A stretch of DNA of 64,000 nt from an uncultured bacterium (lineage in GTDB: Bacteria; AUK180), in NCBI GenBank assembly GCA_937863565.1, contig CALMGJ010000037.1, positions 1 through 64,000 of the forward strand, given 5' to 3'. The notes beneath the pieces are model-generated. The model saw nothing but the letters and a program-made list of their open reading frames with translations, was not told the origin of the DNA and made no database searches. Below, piece after piece: positions 37,979-46,770 of the stretch (position 1 is its first letter; each line of letters begins with the position of its first letter). The position numbers and the translations under genes are program-made.

Positions 37979-38764
37979 TTAAAACCCGTTCTTCCCGGCC
38001 GACTTCAAGGCCAGATGGATGATCTCTTTTTCAGGCAGCCGGAACCGCTTTCTCTTCTCGGCCGGGATTTCGTTCAGATAATCGCTTTCGGTCACTGTAA
38101 ATCCCTCCTCTCTCAATCTGTCCGGATAATCCATTCCGTATAGACGGAGATGATCGTGCTGACCGAAACATTTTTCTCTGTCCGCGGGTGATGTGATTGA
38201 AGGGTCTTCAAGCGTCTTTTCGAGATCCGCGTCAAGGGGTACCTGGAGGATGGCCATCCCTCCCGGTTTCAGGATTCGGAGGAGTTCGCGCATCACCCGC
38301 CGGTCATCCGCAACATGCTCGAGCACTTGGTTGCACATGATAAGATCGAAATCGTTATCCGGAAGAGGGATATCGTGAAGGTCGAAATGAAGATCTGCGA
38401 TAGGCGACTCCAGATCCGCGGTGACATAATCGATATTGGCCATGGCTTTGAACTTCTTTATGAAGCACTGCTCCGGAGCAAGGTGCAGCACCCGATGAGG
38501 AGCAGAAAAGAATTCCGTTCTCTCCTTCAGGAAAAGCCACATCAGCCTGTGCCTTTCCAAACTGAGGCATTTCGGACAGAGCACATTTTTCCTCGTGGGG
38601 CGTTCTCCGTAAGAAAGAAATGTTCTGAAAGTCGATCCGCACACGGGACACTCGACATTATTGCCTGCATAAAAAGGCGCAACAAAAAAACTGAAAAGGC
38701 CGCTCAAACGGATCATCAGCGGCCGCGGCACATAACGCATTATAAGGGAGATCGGAGTTCTCAA
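37979..38764 (-). CDS. Methyltransferase with Zn ribbon, same family as 25285-26076
   Basis: CPVCG...CPKCLSLERHR, LHLAPE, VLEHV, FGQHDHLR; TTG start with GGAGG SD. Confidence 0.82.
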   Translation of the reverse strand: MRTPISLIMRYVPRPLMIRLSGLFSFFVAPFYAGNNVECPVCGSTFRTFLSYGERPTRKNVLCPKCLSLERHRLMWLFLKERTEFFSAPHRVLHLAPEQCFIKKFKAMANIDYVTADLESPIADLHFDLHDIPLPDNDFDLIMCNQVLEHVADDRRVMRELLRILKPGGMAILQVPLDADLEKTLEDPSITSPADREKCFGQHDHLRLYGMDYPDRLREEGFTVTESDYLNEIPAEKRKRFRLPEKEIIHLALKSAGKNGF

Positions 38765-38801
38765 TTCAAGCCTCCCGTTCTTTGATTATTATTGGGTATC
38801 A

Positions 38802-40406
38802 TCATTTCGCCTTCTCATAGACCCTTAAGGGGTAAAGACATATTCTTCTGAAATCTCCGCAGGTCCTTACATATTCCATATCACGGAGCACGCGCTTATG
38901 CCTTTCCGGGTCCGGATTCTGTTCGTAGTGCGAAAAAATGACGAGGTCTGAACTGCTGATGGCTGCTTTGCTGTTCCATGAAAGTATATTGATCTCGCTC
39001 CTGGCGGCCAGGAGGGACCCGAGACAGGGTGTAGTGGTTATCTTGAGCCCCGGGTCGCTGAATCTCCTCAGATATCTGAGAATATCAAGATCACCGCGGG
39101 TTATCCGAAAAGTATTCTCATTCCCGAAAAAATTGTATTCCGCAGGATGCCAGAACCGGAAAGAGAAAGCGTACCCTCCCGTAAGAAAGGAGAAGACGGT
39201 AACGAATACGAAAACCTGCCTGAATGATTTTTTAATACGGTCCTTTCCGCATGCGGCAAGAACGAAAGCCGAATAGATGAACGGTAATACCGATGCCCAA
39301 TGATGATATCTTATATCGGCAGCTTCGGGGATATCGGAAAGGAAAAGCCCTGCCGCAACAGGGAGCACGGGAAGGAGCAATAAAGGCTCCAGAAGAGAAA
39401 TGAAAAGAAGCGGAACGAAAAGGAAAAGGAAATTCTTTATCTTGAAAATGTTCAGAACATTCCCGACAAGGGCCTTAAGGTCAAATGTATAATACACGTC
39501 TTTTATGAAATCCGACCTCGGGATGAGAAGTCCTATGATTCTGAGAAAACCGAAATAGTAGAAAATACCGAGGATAAAAAGGATGATGCCGCTCTTGCGC
39601 GAGCCGGACACAAACATGTAAATTGAAAAGAAAATGAAAAGAAGGGCAATGTACTCTTTACAGAGAAAAGATAAGATCGTGAACGTGAAAAAAAGAGCTT
39701 TCTTGCCCGAAAAATAAAAATAAAGAGCGTAGCAAATGAAAAAAACAGCCAGGGTGTCGCCGTGGAATTCGAACATCCCGGCGTGAAGAAGGGGAGGATA
39801 TAAAAGGAACATCGCGCCGAACAGGGAGCTTCTGGCCCGGTCTCCGCTTTTTAAAAACGCTATTTTATAAATAGCGACGGAAGAGAACCCTATCAGAAAT
39901 GATTGAACGATCAAAAGCGTGCATCCCGACCTGAACAACCGGACAAGGGGAACGAAAAGAAGATAAATGAATTCCTGATGCATTGAAAAACGGTTCACCT
40001 GTTCCCCGAATTTCGAGAACTGCATGAAACGTCCCTGTCCAGTATTGTAGATCGGCTGAAGCATATTCCCGATATCTACCATACCGTTATTGCCGGCAAG
40101 GTATCTGGCGCAGGAGATCGCCGCGAAAACAATGCTGAAAGATAAAGCGATGAAAATGAAATGGTCTCGTTCCCTAAGTTCCAGTGAAGAACCAAGAAAG
40201 GCAGAGATAGTTAAACTGAGACCGAGAGCCAGCACGATCTGTATTTCATTCGATACATACGGAGAAAAGAAAGAGAATAAAAGGATCGCCGCGACCGCCG
40301 CTGCAAGTTTCTTCCGGTCAAGGGAAAAAAGATTGCGGAACACGAGATAATAGAAAAAAAGAACTAACCCGGCGAGTGCGATATAGAAGGCTGCCATACC
40401 GGTCAA
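38802..40406 (-). CDS. DUF2079-like membrane protein (putative GT-C)
   Basis: DIGNMLQ, H motif, LLIVQ, EFHGD, KEY, YHH; multi-TM. Confidence 0.65.
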   Translation of the reverse strand: MTGMAAFYIALAGLVLFFYYLVFRNLFSLDRKKLAAAVAAILLFSFFSPYVSNEIQIVLALGLSLTISAFLGSSLELRERDHFIFIALSFSIVFAAISCARYLAGNNGMVDIGNMLQPIYNTGQGRFMQFSKFGEQVNRFSMHQEFIYLLFVPLVRLFRSGCTLLIVQSFLIGFSSVAIYKIAFLKSGDRARSSLFGAMFLLYPPLLHAGMFEFHGDTLAVFFICYALYFYFSGKKALFFTFTILSFLCKEYIALLFIFFSIYMFVSGSRKSGIILFILGIFYYFGFLRIIGLLIPRSDFIKDVYYTFDLKALVGNVLNIFKIKNFLFLFVPLLFISLLEPLLLLPVLPVAAGLFLSDIPEAADIRYHHWASVLPFIYSAFVLAACGKDRIKKSFRQVFVFVTVFSFLTGGYAFSFRFWHPAEYNFFGNENTFRITRGDLDILRYLRRFSDPGLKITTTPCLGSLLAARSEINILSWNSKAAISSSDLVIFSHYEQNPDPERHKRVLRDMEYVRTCGDFRRICLYPLRVYEKAK

Positions 40407-40480
40407 TCCTGTCTAAAAACATAAGAAAAATGCGCCGTAAGGGGCGATAATGCCGATCCGCCCCTGAAAACAGTTCCCAT
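40403..40480 (-). CDS. Putative leaderless 25-aa upstream ORF
   Basis: ATG 5 nt after TTGATA-17-TATAAT; its TGA overlaps the TTG start of the next gene. Confidence 0.45.
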   Translation of the reverse strand: MGTVFRGGSALSPLTAHFSYVFRQD

Positions 40481-40485
40481 GCGTG

Positions 40486-40549
40486 ATTATATTAAAAATA
40501 CCGCCAAATATCAATAATAATTGAAAAAAAACGTTAAATGCTCTAAAAT
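40486..40549. promoter_or_regulatory. Back-to-back divergent promoters, both with leaderless geometry
   Basis: Minus: TTGATA(40514)-17-TATAAT(40486). Plus: TTGAAA(40521)-17-TAAAAT(40549), 5 nt before ATG 40555. Confidence 0.72.
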
Positions 40550-40554
40550 TGAAC

Positions 40555-41619
40555 ATGGCAAGCACACTTATAATTACCGAAGATATCCGCATCAAAGGTG
40601 GAATTGCCGCTATGTATAGACATATGAAAGGTCTTCTGCCGGAAGATGCTCTAACTGTTTTCTATGCCTCTTCTTCTCAGGCATGTTCCGATCCTCTCTT
40701 GAAGCCGGTAAAGTGGTCCAAATGCGGCATCATTTATCTATTCCGCGTATTTCTTGTGTTCATTCATTCTCTTTCGTTCCTGAAAGATTGTAGAAAGGTA
40801 TTCATCTTTACGGCAAGCCCTCTTTATGCGTTCCCTTTCCTTTTTTTCTGTCGCCGGGTCCGGGTTTGGTTCGCAACACCATTCTATGAAGAGATCATAA
40901 ACCGCTGGCGCTCGGAAAGATCGACAAAAGAGAAGATCGTCCTTTTTATAGAATACCTTCTACTGCCTTTCTACTTCATACTGGAGAACCTGACAATCCG
41001 TGCAATTCCCCGGATGTGTTATGCTCTTAGCGAAAGGACGAAGGCGGGTTTCCTTTTCAAGAAAAACATCTCTATCCAGGGGTTCCCCCTTGATGTCCGC
41101 TGGTTTTCGGGTATGCCTGCAGAGAAGGAATACGATATTATAACCGTGGGAAGGTTCAATGATCCAAGAAAGGATCTCGGAACATTTTTAAAGACGATGA
41201 GGTCCCTCGACAGGAGAAAAGCGGTCGTTATCGGGCGCCTTCCCGACAATTTTGATATTAACGGATATCCGAATATCCATTTTACCGGAGAGGTTGAAGG
41301 GGATATCGGGGAGTTTTATCTGAGGTCCAGGATCTTTTTTCTTCCTTCTGTGCAGGAAGGCCTTGGGATCGTATATCTCGAGGCCATGGCATCCGGTCTC
41401 CCCGTGATCGCGGCCGATAATGGCGGGAGCAGGGATCTCGTAAAGAACGGATTGAACGGTTATATCATAAAGAAAAGATCTCCCGCAGAAGCAGCGGACA
41501 GGATAGAAACTATTCTTTCAGATGAAAAAATATACGATCAATTCAGTTCGGCGGCACGTGAATATGCCGATAAATATTCGCGGAAAGCACAAGAGGCGAT
41601 GGAACAGTTCCTGAGATGA
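40555..41619 (+). CDS. GT4 glycosyltransferase
   Basis: GGIA, VGRFNDPRKD, EGLGIVYLEAMASG. Confidence 0.85.
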   Translation: MASTLIITEDIRIKGGIAAMYRHMKGLLPEDALTVFYASSSQACSDPLLKPVKWSKCGIIYLFRVFLVFIHSLSFLKDCRKVFIFTASPLYAFPFLFFCRRVRVWFATPFYEEIINRWRSERSTKEKIVLFIEYLLLPFYFILENLTIRAIPRMCYALSERTKAGFLFKKNISIQGFPLDVRWFSGMPAEKEYDIITVGRFNDPRKDLGTFLKTMRSLDRRKAVVIGRLPDNFDINGYPNIHFTGEVEGDIGEFYLRSRIFFLPSVQEGLGIVYLEAMASGLPVIAADNGGSRDLVKNGLNGYIIKKRSPAEAADRIETILSDEKIYDQFSSAAREYADKYSRKAQEAMEQFLR

Positions 41620-41622
41620 TCC

Positions 41623-42546
41623 TCAACGGATTTTCCTCGCCACTATATCCATCAGCCCAGTAAAACCGAGAAGTATGTATTTCTTTCCCGAAAGGAAAAA
41701 ATACGGTTCGAACAAAGCCTTAACTAAGAAAGAGAATCTTCCGAAAACAATATCCAGTCTACCGTAGAGGTATTCTTTCTGAACGAACCGGAGATGCTGT
41801 CTGTGCAGTACAAGTTCAAATCCTGTTTTCCTCAGCGCTTCTTTCAATGTCTTTTTCGAAAAATATACGGTGTGCATCAGCATGAGAAAGGGATATTTCC
41901 TGCCCATGATCCTGAAGACGAGGCTTCCCGCATCAATCGTATAGAGGAAAAGGAACCCCCCGTCTTTCAAGACAGTATTTATATGCTTAAGTTCCGATAC
42001 AGGTCTGGAATAATGTTCGATCACGTCCCAAAGGCAAACGGCATCATATCTCTCTTCCCGGGCAGGAGCTGATTCCCCCAATGACTTTCCGGAAACATTA
42101 AGCCCTTTCTCCCCGACAGCGATGCCCCGCGCCCAATCCGAAAGTTCGATCCCATCAGCATCAAATCCCCTCCGGCCGATCACTTCAAGAAAGATACCGG
42201 TGTAAGAGCCTATTTCGAGGATCGTTCCTTTTTTCAGGTAACACTGCACGAGGTCCGCGTATCTTTCGAAAGTGATCCGCCTCTCCTCTTCCTTGGAAAG
42301 GTAATCGCTGTCGGTTATAGACCTGTAAAGGGCCTCTATTTTATCGGGCTCCGGCACGGGCGATTGGTAGATACATCCGCATTCCAGGCATTTGTGAATA
42401 CCCGTGAAAATGCCAAGTTCGCTGCACGTGCATTTAAAATATTCCGGATCGGCATCTCCGGCGGGCAGATCCCCGCGGTAAAGGAGTTTTCTCAAACCGG
42501 ATCCGCATACGGGGCACGGAACATCCGAGAAACGAATATCGCTCAT
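41623..42546 (-). CDS. Class I methyltransferase with N-terminal Zn ribbon
   Basis: CPVCG...CLECG, ILEIGSYTG, WDVIEH. Confidence 0.85.
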   Translation of the reverse strand: MSDIRFSDVPCPVCGSGLRKLLYRGDLPAGDADPEYFKCTCSELGIFTGIHKCLECGCIYQSPVPEPDKIEALYRSITDSDYLSKEEERRITFERYADLVQCYLKKGTILEIGSYTGIFLEVIGRRGFDADGIELSDWARGIAVGEKGLNVSGKSLGESAPAREERYDAVCLWDVIEHYSRPVSELKHINTVLKDGGFLFLYTIDAGSLVFRIMGRKYPFLMLMHTVYFSKKTLKEALRKTGFELVLHRQHLRFVQKEYLYGRLDIVFGRFSFLVKALFEPYFFLSGKKYILLGFTGLMDIVARKIR

Positions 42547-42549
42547 GTC

Positions 42550-43266
42550 TCAGCACCTCTTAAAAAGGAGCCTTAAAAGAGTAAAGAAGGCTTTTATGAT
42601 CTCATTTTGAGAGATCTTTGTCACGCCGAAGCGCCGGTCGATGAAAGTTATAGGTACTTCCTTTATAATATAACCCTTTTTGTAAATCCTGAAAAGCATC
42701 TCATAGAGAAAGGAATATCCGGATGATGTGATCTCCCGGTAATGAATGCTTTCCAAAACACCGGTCCTGATCAGCCTGAATCCGCTTGTACCGTCCTTGA
42801 CCCTGAAACAGAAAAAAAGAGTGAGAAGGGCATTGGCGGAAAAACTCAGAAGTTTCCTGAACCACGGCCAGTTTTTTAAACTGCCGCCTTTTACATAACG
42901 GGACCCGATTATTACATGACAATGCTGCAGTTCTTTGATCATTGCGGGAATATGCGAAGGATCGTGTGAAAAATCCCCGTCCATCATAAGAACCGCGCCG
43001 TAACCCCCTTTTAATGCTGTTTCCATTCCCTCTATATACGCCGCCCCAAGACCGCTTTTTCTCTTTCTTGAAATAAGGAATATCCGGGGATCTACATCAG
43101 CCAGCCCGCGCACGATCGATCCCGTCCCGTCGGGAGAATTATCGTCGATCACGAAAATATTAAGGTCCGGACAGATGGCAAGGATATCCCGGCATAGTTT
43201 GGCGATATTATCTTTTTCATTGTAGGTAGGTATCAGTACCGCTGTTTGTTCAAATATCTCTTTCAT
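42550..43266 (-). CDS. Polyprenol monophosphomannose synthase-like GT2 (Ppm1/DPM1)
   Basis: IPTYNE, DDNSPDGTG, GLGAAY, MDGDFSHDP, EVPITFIDRR. Confidence 0.9.
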   Translation of the reverse strand: MKEIFEQTAVLIPTYNEKDNIAKLCRDILAICPDLNIFVIDDNSPDGTGSIVRGLADVDPRIFLISRKRKSGLGAAYIEGMETALKGGYGAVLMMDGDFSHDPSHIPAMIKELQHCHVIIGSRYVKGGSLKNWPWFRKLLSFSANALLTLFFCFRVKDGTSGFRLIRTGVLESIHYREITSSGYSFLYEMLFRIYKKGYIIKEVPITFIDRRFGVTKISQNEIIKAFFTLLRLLFKRC

Positions 43267-43272
43267 AAGATT

Positions 43273-43301
43273 ATTTTAAGGGAAAAAAACGGATAAATCA
43301 A
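43273..43301 (-). promoter_or_regulatory. Promoter, leaderless geometry
   Basis: TTGATT-17-TAAAAT, 6 nt before ATG 43266. Confidence 0.7.
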
Positions 43302-43419
43302 TTGATTTTATCAATTACGGCATAGCCGGTAAAGATAAGGATTGAATTAATGTCTTTAGATATCCCAATAAAAGGAGTTCTCAAAAACAAGGAGATCGTG
43401 AGCGAAAATAATGAACAAG

Positions 43420-43448
43420 TTGTTTTTTTTTGTAATAAATTATAAAAT
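43420..43448 (+). promoter_or_regulatory. Promoter, leaderless geometry
   Basis: TTGTTT-17-TAAAAT, 5 nt before ATG 43454. Confidence 0.6.
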
Positions 43449-43453
43449 TTACC

Positions 43454-44305
43454 ATGTCGGGAAAAAAATATCTGCGATATCTTCATTTTCTTCTGATGTT
43501 CATAACAAACGGGTTGAAGGTGCAGACCTTTCTGGGAAACCCCGTTTTTTTCTATCTGCTCAGAATCATACCGAAGAAATACCGGTTAAAAGCTGCGTTC
43601 GCGCTGCTTTCGATCAGTCCGCATTATTTTTTTTTCAATATCGCTCATGAATCATGGAAAAGTTCATTTAAAAAATATTGGGAGGAGATACTTAAGGAAC
43701 ATAGCCGCATGAAGATCTCCAGGCGGGCTTTATTTGATTCCTTGCTGAAAATGCATATTAACGGGTCCTCGCGAATAATGGATTTCGGTTGCGGTCCTGG
43801 TTATTTAACATTCATATCTTCCGAATATGCCGGAAAGGTGATCGGATATGACATATCCAAGGGAGTATTGGAGTGCGCCAGGATATTGAATGACGCAGAC
43901 AATCTTCTTTATATCCATTCCGGGAAAGAGGGCTTAAGCGTTTTCCCCGGGAATTATTTTGACCTGATATATTCTTTCGCCGTGTTCCAGCATATGCCCG
44001 ACGGTGATGTTGTCCGTGCCCTTCAGGATTTTAAAAGGATATTGAAACCCGGAGGGAAACTGCTTTGCCATATTCCCGTGACGGAGGATCATATTCCCGC
44101 AAGTTCCAGGGTCGAAGTGAAGAGTAATTGGCTTTGGAAAAGGATACATCTTTTCTTTTTCGTTCGAAACAAGGAAGATACAATAAAAATGCTCGAAAGA
44201 ACCGGGTTCCGGTTGGATTCATGTTCAGTTTGCAAAGAACATTCTTCCGTTAAGGATGATATATTTTCTCAACACATTTTTGTCTTCACAAATAGAAAGG
44301 AATAG
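43454..44305 (+). CDS. Class I SAM-dependent methyltransferase
   Basis: MDFGCGPG, FDLIYSFAVFQH, RILKPGG. Confidence 0.85.
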   Translation: MSGKKYLRYLHFLLMFITNGLKVQTFLGNPVFFYLLRIIPKKYRLKAAFALLSISPHYFFFNIAHESWKSSFKKYWEEILKEHSRMKISRRALFDSLLKMHINGSSRIMDFGCGPGYLTFISSEYAGKVIGYDISKGVLECARILNDADNLLYIHSGKEGLSVFPGNYFDLIYSFAVFQHMPDGDVVRALQDFKRILKPGGKLLCHIPVTEDHIPASSRVEVKSNWLWKRIHLFFFVRNKEDTIKMLERTGFRLDSCSVCKEHSSVKDDIFSQHIFVFTNRKE

Positions 44306-44424
44306 CGAATACATGCCTTTTCTTATGATTGAAAGGAAGGTGCGGTTAATAAGGAAATCTTTCTATGCCAACATTCGTCATTTATATTTTTGAGAATTGA
44401 AGGAAATCTGATAAAATAAATAAT

Positions 44425-46770
44425 ATGATGATAAAAAAAGAGAATGTGATCATTCTATCCACGGCGGACTGGGACGAACCGAACTGGACGAATAAGCAGC
44501 ATATCGCCATGAAATTGAGTGAAATGGGCTGCCGGGTCCTGTATACGGAACCTCCGCTCTCCCTGTGGCGTTTCGTTCTGAACGCGGCCAGAAACTATAA
44601 AAGGCAGAATTGGCTGAGGAAATGCCTTATCCTGAGAAAAGTTGGCAGGGGATTCTATATTCTTACACTTTTCAATCTGCTTCCGGCGAGATTCTGGAAG
44701 ATCAATTACTACATAGGTTCTTTTGTCAACATCCTCTATATCCGTTTCTTCCAGCACCTGCTCGGTTTCGGGACGCCGTATCTTCTTAATTATATGCCAT
44801 TTTTTGATAAGTTCATCGGGAAATTCGGCGAAAGAAGCGCCGTTTACGATTGTGTGGATGAGTATTCGGGCATGACCGGGATAATCCCGGGCATAGTGGA
44901 GTTAGAAAAAAGGCTTCTGAAAAAATCCGATGCCGTCTCCGTTACGGCAAGAGGACTGCTCCCGCTTAAGAAAAAATATAATCCGAATACTCATTTCATA
45001 CAGAATGTCGGGAACTCGGCACTTTTCAGAAGGGAAAGAATAAATGATCTGAGAACTCCAGAACTCATGAAAAGATTTGCAGGAAAAAAGAAGATAGGGT
45101 TTATCGGAGCAGTAAATTTCAAACTGGACCCTATTCTCATCGAGAGGCTCCTTGATGATCATGAAGATGCCATCTTCATCTTCATCGGCCCGATATATGA
45201 TTTCGATGTATCAAGGTTTGAAAACAGGGACAATGTGATCTTTACGGGAGCGAAAAGGCTTCAAGACATTCCTCTTTATGTTAAGGATTTCAATGCGGCA
45301 ATAATACCGTATTTCATCAATAAATATACACGATATGTTTTTCCGCTGAAATTGTTCGAGTTCTTCGCTGCGAAGATCCCGATAATAAGCACACCTCTTC
45401 CCGAATTAAAATACTATGACAATGCCCTTCTGGTAGCCAGTAATGCAGATGAATTTTCCGCTTATATCGGGAAGATACTCTCTGATGGCCCCGATTTAGA
45501 AAGGATCTCAAAAGGATATGCTTTATCCCTCGAGGCCAATTGGGAGAACCGGGCAAAATGTCTTTTCGAACTCATGAGTTCGAGCGCCTCGGAAAAAGAG
45601 ACCGCTCTTCCCGCGAAGGACCCCATGATCGTCATTTCGAATGCGGATTGGGACGAGCCGAATTGGACGAATAAACAGCATATAACTTCCGAACTCGGTA
45701 AAATGGGGCACAGGATCCTCTATATAGAACCCCCCATCTTCCTCGGGCGCTGGCTTATACATATTCTACAGAGATATAGAGGGCAGCCATGGATATCCAA
45801 AATCCTGCCTCTGAGAAAGGTCAGGCGCGGCCTCTATGTACTTGCTCTTTTCTACCCGTTCCCGGGCAGTTTTTTTAAGCTTAATTATCTTATCGGCAAT
45901 GCCATCAATGTGATGTTCTCCAAATTCATTGCGGCCATTCTCGGGTTCAAGGCTCCGCTTCTTCTCGACTACATGCCGGATGCGGATGCCTTCATAGGGG
46001 CGTTCGGCGAGAAAAGATCGATCTACGATTGCGTGGACGAGTTCTCCGGGCTTGATAAGATAAATCCCGAAACAGAGCAGCTTGAGATAAAACTTATGAA
46101 AAGAACGGACGCGGTAGTTGTCACTGCACGCGGGCATCTTCCTCTGAAAAGCGGATACAACGGAAATACCAAGCTCATACTCAATGTGGGAAATACCGGC
46201 ATACATTTAAGAGAAAGAATAGAATCCCTTCCCATGCCGGAAGATATGCGCGAGTTCTCCGGCAGAAAGATCATCGGGTTCACCGGGGCCGTCAATTTTA
46301 AACTCGATACCGAACTTCTGCTCAAAGCGGGCCGAGCCCATCCTGAGAAGATATTCCTGCTCATTGGCCCTATTGATAATAGTTTCAATATCAGCAAATT
46401 GAGAAAACAGAGTAATTTTTATTTCTTTGGTCCGAGAAAGCTCGTTGATCTGCCGGTTTATGTAAGATATTTCGATATTGGGATGATACCGTACACGCTG
46501 ACAAAATATAACAAATACAATTTTCCTCTTAAACTTCTTGAATATTTCGCCGCCAAAGTCCCAGTCGTATCCACACGGCTTCCCGAGATTGAATATTACG
46601 GCGATATTGCGTATATTGCGGGCAATGCAGACGAATTCATTGATCTTATTGACCGGGTCACTTCTTCCCGGGCGAGCTTAAGTGAACGCCTTGAACGCGG
46701 ATACGATATTGCAAAAAGGAACAACTGGAGAACGCGTACCGAGGAGATCAGAAGGATATTCTATGAATAA
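44425..46770 (+). CDS. Tandem-duplicated GT-B glycosyltransferase (two TuaH-like units)
   Basis: ADWDEPNWTNKQH, YDCVDE, GAVNFKLD and FPLKL.E.FAAK.P each occur twice. Confidence 0.85.
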   Translation: MMIKKENVIILSTADWDEPNWTNKQHIAMKLSEMGCRVLYTEPPLSLWRFVLNAARNYKRQNWLRKCLILRKVGRGFYILTLFNLLPARFWKINYYIGSFVNILYIRFFQHLLGFGTPYLLNYMPFFDKFIGKFGERSAVYDCVDEYSGMTGIIPGIVELEKRLLKKSDAVSVTARGLLPLKKKYNPNTHFIQNVGNSALFRRERINDLRTPELMKRFAGKKKIGFIGAVNFKLDPILIERLLDDHEDAIFIFIGPIYDFDVSRFENRDNVIFTGAKRLQDIPLYVKDFNAAIIPYFINKYTRYVFPLKLFEFFAAKIPIISTPLPELKYYDNALLVASNADEFSAYIGKILSDGPDLERISKGYALSLEANWENRAKCLFELMSSSASEKETALPAKDPMIVISNADWDEPNWTNKQHITSELGKMGHRILYIEPPIFLGRWLIHILQRYRGQPWISKILPLRKVRRGLYVLALFYPFPGSFFKLNYLIGNAINVMFSKFIAAILGFKAPLLLDYMPDADAFIGAFGEKRSIYDCVDEFSGLDKINPETEQLEIKLMKRTDAVVVTARGHLPLKSGYNGNTKLILNVGNTGIHLRERIESLPMPEDMREFSGRKIIGFTGAVNFKLDTELLLKAGRAHPEKIFLLIGPIDNSFNISKLRKQSNFYFFGPRKLVDLPVYVRYFDIGMIPYTLTKYNKYNFPLKLLEYFAAKVPVVSTRLPEIEYYGDIAYIAGNADEFIDLIDRVTSSRASLSERLERGYDIAKRNNWRTRTEEIRRIFYE

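Noticed and set aside
43302-43314. FNR box
   Set aside because: The TTGAT/ATCAA half-sites are 3 nt apart rather than the 4 nt FNR requires
44313-44393. Small intergenic ORF MPFLMIERK...
   Set aside because: No SD, promoter geometry or coupling overlap, and it runs into the next promoter
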